From an uncultured Mollicutes bacterium (lineage in GTDB: Bacteria > Bacillota_I > Bacilli_A > ML615J-28 > CAG-313), in contig UQBM01000004.1 of assembly GCA_900539265.1 (NCBI GenBank), forward strand, positions 7,982-71,981: a stretch of 64,000 nt of DNA. The letters are read 5' to 3'. Numbering within the stretch: position 1 is the first letter of the stretch; the number at the start of each line of letters is the position of its first letter. Under the pieces are notes generated by a model. The model did not search any database. It saw only the letters and a list, made by a program, of their open reading frames with translations, and was not told the DNA's origin. Below, in pieces: positions 50,298 through 61,100 of the stretch. The position numbers and the translations under genes were made by a program.

Positions 50298-50768
50298 ATG
50301 CCTCGTAAAGGACATGTTGCTCAAAGAAAAGTATTACCAGATCCAATATATAATTCAACACTTGTTACAAGACTAATCAATAGTGTAATGTTGGATGGTA
50401 AAAAAGGAGTGGCACAACAAATAATTTATGGTGCTTTTGATCGTGTATCTAAAACTACAGGTCGTGACCCACTAGAAGTATATAAACAAGCATTAGAAAA
50501 TATTATGCCACAATTAGAGGTTAGATCACGCCGTGTAGGTGGTGCTAACTATCAAGTACCAGTTGAAGTTAGAGAAGCAAGACGCTATACTCTAGGTTTA
50601 AGATGGTTAACAAACTATGCTCGTCTTCGTAATGAAAAAACAATGGAAGAAAGATTAGCAAAAGAAATAATGGATGCCGCTAATGGTATAGGTGGTGCTG
50701 TTAAAAAACGTGAAGATACTCATCGTATGGCTGAAGCAAATAAAGCATTTGCTCATTATCAATGGTAA
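50298..50768 (+). CDS. rpsG: 30S ribosomal protein S7
   Basis: 156 aa with a conserved S7 sequence (MPRKG...). Confidence 0.95.
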   Translation: MPRKGHVAQRKVLPDPIYNSTLVTRLINSVMLDGKKGVAQQIIYGAFDRVSKTTGRDPLEVYKQALENIMPQLEVRSRRVGGANYQVPVEVREARRYTLGLRWLTNYARLRNEKTMEERLAKEIMDAANGIGGAVKKREDTHRMAEANKAFAHYQW

Positions 50769-50785
50769 TAGGAGATTAAAATAAA

Positions 50786-52861
50786 ATGGCTCGTGAATAT
50801 TCATTACTCAATACACGTAATATTGGTATAATGGCTCACATAGATGCTGGTAAAACCACATTTACTGAAAGAGTGCTATATCATACAGGAAAAATCCACA
50901 AAATTGGTGAAACCCATGATGGTGCTGCACAAATGGACTGGATGGAACAAGAACAAGAAAGAGGGATTACAATTACCTCAGCGGCAACGACTGCTTTTTG
51001 GAAGGGACATCGAATCAACGTCATTGATACTCCAGGACATGTTGACTTTACAGTTGAAGTAAGTCGTTCACTTAGAGTACTTGATGGTGCGGTTACAGTT
51101 CTTGATGCTCAAGCAGGAGTTGAGCCTCAAACTGAAACGGTTTGGCGTCAAGCAACGGATTATTTAGTACCAAGAATTGTTTTTATCAATAAAATGGATA
51201 AGACTGGTGCCGATTTCAAGTATAGTTGCCAATCATTAGATCATCGCCTTGGTGCTAATGCTCATCCAATTCAATATCCAATTGGTGCGGAAAATAATTT
51301 TAGAGGTATTATTGACCTTGTAACAATGAAAGCCTTTATTTATAATGAAGGTAGTGTTGATGAAGATGGACAAGAAGTAGAAATACCAGCAGAATTAAAA
51401 GATGAAGCGGAACTTTACCGTGATGAATTAATAAATGCGGTAGCAGAATTTGATGATGAATTAATGATGAATTATCTTGAGGGTGAAGAAATAACAACAG
51501 AAATACTAAAGTCTGCTATTCGTAAGGGTACTCTTGCGGTAAAATTTTTCCCAATTCTTTGTGGAACAGCTTTTAAAAATAAAGGTGTAAAAAAAGTTTT
51601 GGATGCTATTATCGATTATCTTCCATCACCAATTGAAGTAGCTCAAATTAAAGGGCATGATGAAGATGGCAATGAGGTTATTGTTAATTCAAATGATGAT
51701 GCTCCATTTTCAGCATTAGCATTTAAAGTTATGACAGACCCTTATGTTGGTAAACTTACTTTCTTTAGAGTTTATTCAGGTCATCTAGAATCAGGTTCAT
51801 ATGTGCTTAATTCTACGAAAGATAAACGTGAAAGAATTGGTCGTATTCTTTTAATGCATGCGAACAATCGTACAGAAATTAAAGAAGTTTTTTCCGGAGA
51901 TATTGCAGCAGCAGTTGGTCTAAAAGATACAACAACAGGTGATACAATGTGTGATCCAGATCATCCTGTTATTTTGGAAAAAATGGTTTTTCCAGAACCT
52001 GTAATATCAGTTGCAATAGAGCCTAAAACAAAAGGTGATCAAGATAAGATGTCAGTGGCACTTTCAAAACTTGCCGAAGAAGATCCAACCTTTAGAACTT
52101 ATACCGATGCTGAAACTGGTCAAACTATTATTTCTGGTATGGGAGAATTACATTTAGATATCATTGTTGATAGAATGAGAAGGGAATTTCATGTTGAATG
52201 TAATGTAGGACAGCCTCAAGTATCATATCGTGAAACAATTAAAAAGAGTGCTGAAATTGAAGGTAAGTTTGTTCGTCAATCTGGTGGTCGTGGACAATAT
52301 GGTCATTGCGTAGTCGTATTTGAGCCAAACCCTGGTAAAGGATATGAATTTGTAGATGAGATTGTAGGGGGTGTTATTCCTCGTGAATATATCCCAGCTG
52401 TCAATAAAGGAATTGAAAATGCACTTGCTAATGGTAACCTCGCTGGATTCCCAACTATTGATATAAAAGCAAGATTAGTTTTTGGTTCATATCATGATGT
52501 TGACTCTAGCCAAATTGCCTTTGAAGTAGCAGGTGGTATGGCTTTTAAAGCATCAGCAGATAAATGCCAACCAGTTTTATTAGAACCAATAGAATCAGTT
52601 GAAGTAATTGTCCCAGATGAATATGTTGGTACTGTAATTGGCGATTTATCAACACGTCGTGGACGTATTGACGGACAAGAAGCAAGAGGAAAAACACAAT
52701 CTATTAAAGCTTTTGTTCCACTTGCTGAAATGTTTGGATATGCAACAGCTCTTCGTTCAAATACGCAAGGTCGTGGTAATTATACTATGCAATTTGATCA
52801 CTATGAAGAGTGCCCTAAAAATGTTGCAGAAGCAGTTGTAAAAAAACGTAATGCTCAATAA
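50786..52861 (+). CDS. fusA: Elongation factor G
   Basis: 691 aa. [10 protein letters not shown]1 motif, [12 protein letters not shown]. Confidence 0.95.
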   Translation: MAREYSLLNTRNIGIMAHIDAGKTTFTERVLYHTGKIHKIGETHDGAAQMDWMEQEQERGITITSAATTAFWKGHRINVIDTPGHVDFTVEVSRSLRVLDGAVTVLDAQAGVEPQTETVWRQATDYLVPRIVFINKMDKTGADFKYSCQSLDHRLGANAHPIQYPIGAENNFRGIIDLVTMKAFIYNEGSVDEDGQEVEIPAELKDEAELYRDELINAVAEFDDELMMNYLEGEEITTEILKSAIRKGTLAVKFFPILCGTAFKNKGVKKVLDAIIDYLPSPIEVAQIKGHDEDGNEVIVNSNDDAPFSALAFKVMTDPYVGKLTFFRVYSGHLESGSYVLNSTKDKRERIGRILLMHANNRTEIKEVFSGDIAAAVGLKDTTTGDTMCDPDHPVILEKMVFPEPVISVAIEPKTKGDQDKMSVALSKLAEEDPTFRTYTDAETGQTIISGMGELHLDIIVDRMRREFHVECNVGQPQVSYRETIKKSAEIEGKFVRQSGGRGQYGHCVVVFEPNPGKGYEFVDEIVGGVIPREYIPAVNKGIENALANGNLAGFPTIDIKARLVFGSYHDVDSSQIAFEVAGGMAFKASADKCQPVLLEPIESVEVIVPDEYVGTVIGDLSTRRGRIDGQEARGKTQSIKAFVPLAEMFGYATALRSNTQGRGNYTMQFDHYEECPKNVAEAVVKKRNAQ

Positions 52862-52944
52862 TAAAAACTTACGTTTTACTTGCAAAAAAAAAGAATTTAT
52901 AATAAAATATTAATGAAATAAAAAATAAAAAGGAGATTTTTATA

Positions 52945-54129
52945 ATGGCAAAGGAAAAATTTGTACGTACAAAACCCCATGTAAACATTGGTACGATTGG
53001 ACATGTTGATCATGGGAAAACAACTTTAACATCTGCTATCACTACTGTATTAGCAGAAAAAGGATTATCTCAAAAAATGGCTTATGATCAAATTGATGGA
53101 GCACCTGAAGAAAAAGCTCGTGGTATAACTATCAATACTTGTCACGTAGAATATGAAACAGAAAAACGTCATTATGCACACGTTGACTGCCCAGGACATG
53201 CTGACTATGTAAAAAATATGATTACAGGTGCAGCACAAATGGATGGAGCAATCTTAGTTATTGCGGCAACTGATGGACCTATGGCTCAAACTCGTGAACA
53301 CATTTTATTAAGTCGTCAAGTAGGTGTTCCTAAATTAATTGTATTCTTAAATAAATGCGATATGGTTGATGATGAAGAATTACTTGAACTTGTTGAAATG
53401 GAAGTTCGTGAATTATTAAATGAATATGGATTCCCTGGTGATGATACTCCAATTATTCGTGGTTCAGCTTTAAAAGCTCTTGAAGGCGATCCAAAGGCTA
53501 AAGAAGCTATTATCAAATTAATGAATACTGTTGATGAATATATTCCTGATCCAGTTCGTGAAACTGATAAACCTTTCTTAATGCCAGTAGAAGATGTATT
53601 CTCTATTACTGGTCGTGGAACTGTTGCTACAGGACGTGTTGAACGTGGAACAGTTAAAGTTGGCGATACAGTAGAAATTGTGGGTATTAAAGACACTCGT
53701 TCAGCAGTTATTACTGGTGTTGAAATGTTTAGAAAATTATTAGATCAAGCAGAAGCTGGTGATAATATTGGTGTATTACTTCGTGGTATCGCTCGTGAAG
53801 AAATTGTTCGTGGACAAGTACTTGCAAAACCAAAATCAGTTACACCTCATTCTGAATTCAAAGCTGAGGTTTATGTATTAACTAAAGAAGAAGGTGGACG
53901 TCATACAGCATTCTTCTCAAACTATCGTCCTCAATTCTATTTTAGAACAACTGACGTTACAGGTGTTATTGAATTACCAGAAGGAACTGAAATGGTAATG
54001 CCTGGTGATAATACTCAAATGACAGTTAAATTAATTCACCCAATTGCAGTAGAAAAAGGAACTAAATTCTCTATTCGTGAGGGTGGAAGAACAGTTGGTG
54101 CTGGTTCAGTTTCTGAATTAGAAAACTAA
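52945..54129 (+). CDS. tuf: Elongation factor Tu
   Basis: 394 aa. [22 protein letters not shown]. Confidence 0.95.
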   Translation: MAKEKFVRTKPHVNIGTIGHVDHGKTTLTSAITTVLAEKGLSQKMAYDQIDGAPEEKARGITINTCHVEYETEKRHYAHVDCPGHADYVKNMITGAAQMDGAILVIAATDGPMAQTREHILLSRQVGVPKLIVFLNKCDMVDDEELLELVEMEVRELLNEYGFPGDDTPIIRGSALKALEGDPKAKEAIIKLMNTVDEYIPDPVRETDKPFLMPVEDVFSITGRGTVATGRVERGTVKVGDTVEIVGIKDTRSAVITGVEMFRKLLDQAEAGDNIGVLLRGIAREEIVRGQVLAKPKSVTPHSEFKAEVYVLTKEEGGRHTAFFSNYRPQFYFRTTDVTGVIELPEGTEMVMPGDNTQMTVKLIHPIAVEKGTKFSIREGGRTVGAGSVSELEN

Positions 54130-54150
54130 TGATTTAATTTAAATTAAAAT

Positions 54151-54179
54151 AGTCTCTATGAAAAATAGAGACTTTTTTG
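54151..54179 (+). terminator. Rho-independent terminator after tuf
   Basis: AGTCTCTA-tgaaaaa-TAGAGACT followed by TTTTTT. Confidence 0.7.
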
Positions 54180-54486
54180 TTTTTTAATTTTCATCAATCT
54201 ATATAAATTGTTAATTTTAATTGTATAATTTATATAAATAAATATATTTTGATTTTAGAAAAGACAAAAAAAAACAAAATTCGATATATAAATGATGTAT
54301 AATTTTTTGAAGAATTATATGATAAAAATAATAAACTATAATTTATTTAATAATCGATGAAAAGTAAAGATGTATATATGCTAAATCTAACAAATATCAT
54401 ATTTAAATATTATAAAATTCTTTTGGTTTAGACTTGTCATTTTAAAAATTTATAAAATATGTCAATTTTAGGAGGTAAATTATATA

Positions 54487-55002
54487 ATGACAAAAAAAAG
54501 TATAAGTTTAATAGTAATTTTTGTTTTCTTTTTTAGCATATGCGGTTGTAATAAACAAAATAAAATAGATTATAATTTAAGTTATAATCAAAATGAGGCA
54601 TTTGGTTACAAAAAACTAGAAAAAGGTACACAACTTTATAGTAATGGTTTAATAAAATCATTAGAAGAATTAAAAAAGGAATGTACTGAATGGAACAATG
54701 ATGCTTATAATGAAAGTTCGGATGGGTATTCTAGTGATTTGAATCAAAAACTAAGAGATTATGATGAGAACTATTTTAAAGAAAATGCTCTCATTATAGT
54801 TACATATGAAACGGCCAATTACCTTAAAACAAAACTTAAACACATTATTGTTGATGGATCTACCTTAATCGTAAATATCAAACAAACAACTAAAATAGGA
54901 AATTATAGTACGGAGGCCTATTTTTGGTCAATGTTAATTGAGATTAAAAAGAATGACATAATCAATGTCGATGAACTAAAGGTTAATTGTAATAAAAGGT
55001 GA
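54487..55002 (+). CDS. Small lipoprotein, unknown function
   Basis: 171 aa. Signal peptide with lipobox SICGC. GGAGG RBS. Confidence 0.55.
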   Translation: MTKKSISLIVIFVFFFSICGCNKQNKIDYNLSYNQNEAFGYKKLEKGTQLYSNGLIKSLEELKKECTEWNNDAYNESSDGYSSDLNQKLRDYDENYFKENALIIVTYETANYLKTKLKHIIVDGSTLIVNIKQTTKIGNYSTEAYFWSMLIEIKKNDIINVDELKVNCNKR

Positions 55003-55007
55003 TAAAT

Positions 55008-56226
55008 ATGAAGAAAAGAATTTTAACTATAGTATTATTTTTATTTTTTTCAATAGTTTTAAGTTAAAATACTGTAAAACTATTTGCATATGAAGATTCT
55101 AGCAATTTAAGTATAAATCAAGTATATTTATCAAATTTATCTCAAAGCATGAAAATATACTCTCAAATTATACTTGAATTTCAAGTTAGAACAGATTTTC
55201 ATAATAATAAAGAATATATGATTTATAACGAAAATTATGCTGGAGCATATATAGATGATACTGGAATGTTAAATATAGCAGTGGTAAATAATAATTCAGT
55301 TAATTATATGTCAAGTAATCATAGTCAAGTTATTTATCAAGAGTTTACCTATTCGTACAATTTTCTTCAAAAAGTATTAAATTCAATTGAAGATATTATG
55401 CTAGAAAGTAGTGTTTATATTGTAGGTATTGATGATGAATTAAATCATGTTTTTGTTGAATTAAATGATGAAACAGATGTAGAGGTTGTTATTCAACATC
55501 TACAAAATGAAGAGTTGTATGAACCTAATGCATTATATTTTGAAGTAGATTCTGATGGTGGATTGTCAGAAACATCAAATATAACTTATGGTGGTGAATC
55601 AATTTTTCATAGATATACAACGGGAATTATATCTAGAGGTACATTTGTGGTTAACGCTGTTTGTAATGATACGGGAAGACTTGGAGTCTTAACTAATGCA
55701 CATGTGGCACCATATGATACAACAATGAGTTATGGTGGGTATTGGGATGAATCAATAAGTAGTTTTACTGAAGAAATCTTCTTAGGGACGGCTTCAAAAT
55801 CGAGACAACGATTCAATGTGTATATAAAGAAGATCCTTCAATTATAGCTACATTAGATATAAAGGTCGTTGAAGATACAAGTACAATAAAAGTTAGATTA
55901 AAATATGGATTTGATATTCGAGAAGATGGTACAATTAGTGGAACAGAAGTTACTAGTGGTTTAGGTAATGTAATTGAGGTAGCACAATTTCCAGATGTAA
56001 CGATACATAAAGGTTATACTAGACTTATTTGTTTAGGTGATGATAGCCCAAATTCGAGTATTCAAGCATTTACATGGACTGCATATCAAGAAGAAGGAGA
56101 TAACGGCATGGTTACTGTAAGTTCATTTGACACCATTCAAGGTACTGTTTCTGGATGGGTTACAGTGAAGGGTGTATATCAATATAATAGTAACTATGAA
56201 GTATATATTAAAATTTATGTAGAATA
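55008..56226 (+). pseudogene. Secreted trypsin-like (S1B/glutamyl-endopeptidase-like) serine protease pseudogene: signal peptide, in-frame TAA, body, then frameshift
   Basis: ATG at 55008 encodes the signal peptide MKKRILTIVLFLFFSIVLS and is followed by an in-frame TAA (55065-55067). The same frame stays open to 55847 and contains GTFVVNAVCNDTGRLGVLTNAHV (the S1B His-motif context). A second frame, open from 55772 to 56226, overlaps by about 75 nt and continues the protein (...LICLGDDSPNSS...) with no start codon. Confidence 0.45.
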
Positions 56227-56242
56227 AAAATATTTCATTGAA

Positions 56243-56277
56243 AGGATTAGTAAATTATGAAAATACTAATCCTTTTT
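56243..56277 (+). terminator. Rho-independent terminator after the protease pseudogene
   Basis: AGGATTAGTA-aattatgaaaa-TACTAATCCT followed by TTTTT. Confidence 0.6.
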
Positions 56278-56495
56278 ATATTATTTTTTAATCATTTTAT
56301 TAGTAGAATATATTACTAAAAAATATAAAATATGACGAATTTAATTAAATATTTTAAAAAATTTTAAAATCAAAAAAAGTAAAAAAATGCAATGTAAGCG
56401 ATTTCCTTATTATATTTAATAAAAAAATAAAAAAATATTATATACTATTATCATCATTTAAAAAATGATAATATGTATGGACAAGGAGGATTACA

Positions 56496-58103
56496 GTGAA
56501 AAGAAGAGTTATGTTTATTCTTTTAAGTTTTGGATTATTGATGATGTTAACTTCATGTTTTATGGCAACAGAAATAGTAAGCGTGAAATTATCATCAACT
56601 GATGTTCCGAAACTATTTGAAGTAAATGAATCATTTGATATTAAAGATCTTCAATTAGAAGTAACATATAATGATGGTAAAGTCTTTAATGTAATGGTAG
56701 ATGAATCAATGATAACTAACTTTGATTTAACAACTATTGGATTTAAAAAGGCTATAATCAACTACAAAGATTTTACATTAACATATGATTACCAAGTAGT
56801 GGAAACCAAATATCTAGTTGTAAAATTTAATACAGATGAAGAATTACCTGAAATTGAGGATCAATTAGTTTATTATGGTGATATGGTAAAAAAACCTAAT
56901 GATCCTAAAAAAGAAGGCTTTGAGTTTTTAGGTTGGTATATTGGCGATGTTATCTATGATTTTAATAGTAAAGTTAATACAAATTTAGAACTTGTAGCAA
57001 AATTTAGAAAAACCTTAAATGTTTATCAGACAGAGGTAGTATTGGCATTAGAAGAATTTGCAAATAAATTTGACTCAAGATTATATCGCGAGGATGAATT
57101 TGTAGAAATTCTTACAATAATTGAAGATGGAAAAAGAGCAATTGCTGAAGCAACTACGAATGAAGAGGTAGATTTAGCCTATAATCAAACGGTTGAAAAA
57201 GTAAAGGCAATAAAAAACTTCTGTAGTTTATTTTTAGATGTATTTGCAACTTACAATATTGATGATTATTATAGTGAAGAGTGGGAAAAAATACTTGCAA
57301 TAAGAGATTTAACTGTTGATACACTTAATAATTATAAGGGTGGAGCACCATTACCAATTGCAACTTATTTAAAAGGTCTTGATGATTTAACAAAAGTTGT
57401 AACTAAAGATCAAGATCATGAACTTGCAACTTATTTAAAAACAAATAAAATAATGGAACTAAATAAGTATTTCACAAATATGAATAAAGAATATTATACA
57501 GATGATGCTCTTGAGTTAATGAATACTATATTAGAAGAGGGTATTGATACAATAAATTTAGCACTTAGTAGAAAAGATGTTGTTGATGCTTACTTAGTAG
57601 TTATTGAAACATTAGATAGTGTTGAAAAATGCCCTAAATATAATGATATTTTAGAACTTTTAGCATATATTGATGTTTTAAACTTGAATAATTATTATGC
57701 CGTTCAACAAGAAGAGTTAAAAGATATATATTTTGAATATGCAAATATTTTAAGAAATATGCCATTAAATGAGGATACAACTACTTTGTTAGAAGAAGCA
57801 AAGATGAAAATGGATGAAGTTATAACAATAGAAGAAGATAAGGTTATAGCTGATATTCTTTTGGAAAAATGTTTAGCAGATTTTAATAATTTGTATGAAA
57901 CTCTTCTTGCTACGTATGCAGAAGAAATTAATGCTTTAGAGATGGCAGAGTATGCACTTGAAGAAATTGAAATGACTTATCAAAATTATGTTGACAAAAT
58001 TAGCACAGCTTTGGGATCTGCTGCTATTCAAGTAGCTTATGATGAGGCAGTAGCATATTTGGAAGAAGATATTTTAATGATTATTGAAATGTATAGTTGG
58101 TAA
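56496..58103 (+). CDS. Lipoprotein with a Listeria-Bacteroides (Flg_new/InlB B-repeat) domain
   Basis: 535 aa. Lipobox MMLTSC. GDMVKKPNDPKKEGFEFLGWYIGDVIYDFNSKVNTNLELVAKF matches the Listeria-Bacteroides repeat (P..P.+.Gy.F.GWy.......fdf...i.....L.AkW). Confidence 0.65.
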   Translation: MKRRVMFILLSFGLLMMLTSCFMATEIVSVKLSSTDVPKLFEVNESFDIKDLQLEVTYNDGKVFNVMVDESMITNFDLTTIGFKKAIINYKDFTLTYDYQVVETKYLVVKFNTDEELPEIEDQLVYYGDMVKKPNDPKKEGFEFLGWYIGDVIYDFNSKVNTNLELVAKFRKTLNVYQTEVVLALEEFANKFDSRLYREDEFVEILTIIEDGKRAIAEATTNEEVDLAYNQTVEKVKAIKNFCSLFLDVFATYNIDDYYSEEWEKILAIRDLTVDTLNNYKGGAPLPIATYLKGLDDLTKVVTKDQDHELATYLKTNKIMELNKYFTNMNKEYYTDDALELMNTILEEGIDTINLALSRKDVVDAYLVVIETLDSVEKCPKYNDILELLAYIDVLNLNNYYAVQQEELKDIYFEYANILRNMPLNEDTTTLLEEAKMKMDEVITIEEDKVIADILLEKCLADFNNLYETLLATYAEEINALEMAEYALEEIEMTYQNYVDKISTALGSAAIQVAYDEAVAYLEEDILMIIEMYSW

Positions 58104-58117
58104 TGGGAGGAAAAAAG

Positions 58118-61100
58118 ATGAAGATTAAAAAAATAATTAGTTTATCCATTGCAACATTTATATTAGTATTATCAATTTTTGGTTTATGTTCATGTGGTGA
58201 TAATACAAGTAATTCACCAAAAATTGAAAATACGCGCCCTACTTTTTCGCAAATTTCTAATTTTAAGTTAGATAATTTGAAAAAGTATGAAAATAGTGCT
58301 TATCAATTTCATCTCTTTGATGATAATGATGAAGTATGGGTTATTATTGAATTAGAAGGAAAATCTTTAATAGAAGAATATAATGATTGCAAATTTGTTG
58401 GTTCTTTAGCCGAATTTGCTTCGACTAAAGATGGTGAGAATACGATTAATAGATTACTTACTATTCAAAGTAGAGTAAAAGAATTATTAGATGAAAATGA
58501 AATTAAATATGAATTTAAGCATTCATATACAACATTATTAAATGGATTAGGTATTAAGGTTAGATATAAAGATATTAAAACAATATCATCACTTGCAAAA
58601 GTAAAAGAAGTAGCAATTTCAGAGTTATATAATATGCCACAAGAGGAATCATCATATGATGTTGCTTTAAAGGAAACTGGTATTCTTGCTACAAGCAGTA
58701 ATTATAAAGGTGAGGGAATGATAGTGGCTATTCTTGATACAGGTCTTGATACTAATCATCAAGCATTCCAAAAACCATTGACGGATGTTGCTTTAACATA
58801 CCAAAATATTGCCAGTATTAGTGAATACTTATATCCTAATGTTGCAAATGGAGGAAATTATTATCAGGCAGACCAATTATATAAGAGTTCAAAGATTCCT
58901 TATGGTTTTGATTATGCTGATATGGATGAATTTGTTGATCCTGGTTATATGGCAGTTAATTATTATGGTCATGGAGCTCATGGTACTCATGTTGCAGGAA
59001 TAATTGCTGGAGATGATGATCAAATCACTGGCGTTGCGCCAAACGCTCAACTTGCTATAATGAAAGTTTTTTCTGATAATGTGCCAGGAGCTTATACAAC
59101 TGATATTATAGCTGCTTTAGGAGATTGTGCTCTTCTTGGTGTTGATGCGATTAATATGTCACTTGGTTCTGCTAATGGTTTTACCTCAGAAGGAGATGGA
59201 GGAGAATTCATTGATGAAGTCTATGATTTATTAGGTTCAGTAGGTATTAATGTTTGTGTGGCTGTTGGTAATGATGGTGAAGCAGGAGATGGTACGATTT
59301 ATGGTAATGGTGCAAGTTCTAATCCTGATAATGGTTTAGTAGGCTCACCTTCTTCATATGATGCATCATTTGGAGTTGCATCATCAGATGCTATTTTAAA
59401 AGACTATTTTGTATCAGCAAATACTAATATGACTTTTAACTCAGCTGTTTTTGCAGCAACCTCTGAATCATATCCTTTTTATGAAGCATTACCTTTTGAG
59501 AAAGGAAGCAGAACATTATCTTTGCCATATGTTGTTGTTCCTAATTATGGTGATATAGAAGATTATGAGGGATTAGATGTAGAAGGTAAAATTGCGGTAG
59601 TATCAAGGGGTTCAACATCATTTGAATATAAGTCACTTGTGGCTGCATACTATGGAGCTATTGCGTGTATTATTTATAATAATGAACCAGGTGAAATTAG
59701 AGCCTCTATTGAAGGAGAATTGTATATTCCAACATGTACAATAACTGTCGATTCTGGATCGGTTTTAACAAAAGTTAAAGAAGGAATTATTCATTTTAAT
59801 ATGGATAATAAAATTCACGAAATGTCGAGTTTTTCTTCAATTGGACCACTTCCAAATCTTGAACTAAAACCTGAAATTACTGCTCCAGGTGGATATATTT
59901 ATTCTTCAGTTCCAACCATTACTCAAGATGAAAATGGTAACGAAATTTCATATGCATATTTTAGTGGTACTTCAATGGCTTCCCCTAATTTAGCAGGAGC
60001 AGCTTTACTTGTAAGACAAGCATTGAAAGAAAACTATCCTCAAATGACTGAAACTGAACTTCAAGCAAGAGTATATCAAGTTTTAATGTCTACAGCAAAT
60101 ATTATTAAGGATGAAAATGGTATACCATCTACTCCACGTAAACAAGGATCAGGATTAGTTAATATAGATGCGGCCTTAAATACTAGTGCTTACTTAAGTG
60201 TTGCTGGAAGCGATAGAGCAAAACTTGAATTAGGTGATGACCCAAGTCGTGATGGTATTTATTATATGAGTTTTGATGTTGTTAATACGGGAACAACAAA
60301 ATTATCCTATAATTTGGATAGTATTGTAATGACTGATAGTGTTGATGATGCAGGTCGTATTTTAGAAAAAGCATATTTGCTTGAAGCAAGTCAAAGAGAT
60401 TATATGGTAGAAAATGGTACTTATGAAAATGGTGTATTAACAGTTGATGCTAATTCAGTTGCGAAAATTACAGTAAGGATTTTCCTAACTGATGATGATA
60501 AGGCATATTTAGATAACAACTTTGTTAATGGTATGTATGTTGAAGGATATATTACTTTAGATGCTGTTGATCATAATATAGATCTTTCGATTCCATGGTT
60601 AGCCTTTTATGGTGATTGGGATGATGCACCTATTTTCGATTCAACCTATTACGATGAAACGTATGAAATTTATCCAACAATTCCATTAGGACTATATATT
60701 TCTGGAATGTTGGGATATCCGTTCCCACTTGGTAGTTATGAATTGTTCGTATTACCAGATGGATATGAGGCACCACTTGCATCCGCAGATAAGATTGCTT
60801 TAAATTATGATGGTAATAATTTATTATATTCAGTTGCAATTGGTCTTTTAAGAAGTGTTAAGGAATTAAGATATGAAATTGTTGATAAGTATACACGTCA
60901 ATCGTATTTTAATGGCTATGCAATAAATGTAGGTAAAACATATTTAAATGATAGTGGAGAACTTGTTCCTACGCAACATGAGTTAAATATTGAAATTCCA
61001 CAATTTTTAGTGGGTAGTAATCAAGAACTAGAAATTGTAATTACAGGGGTTCTTGATACAATTGATCAAAAAGAGGAATCTTTAGTAATTCCACTTACAC

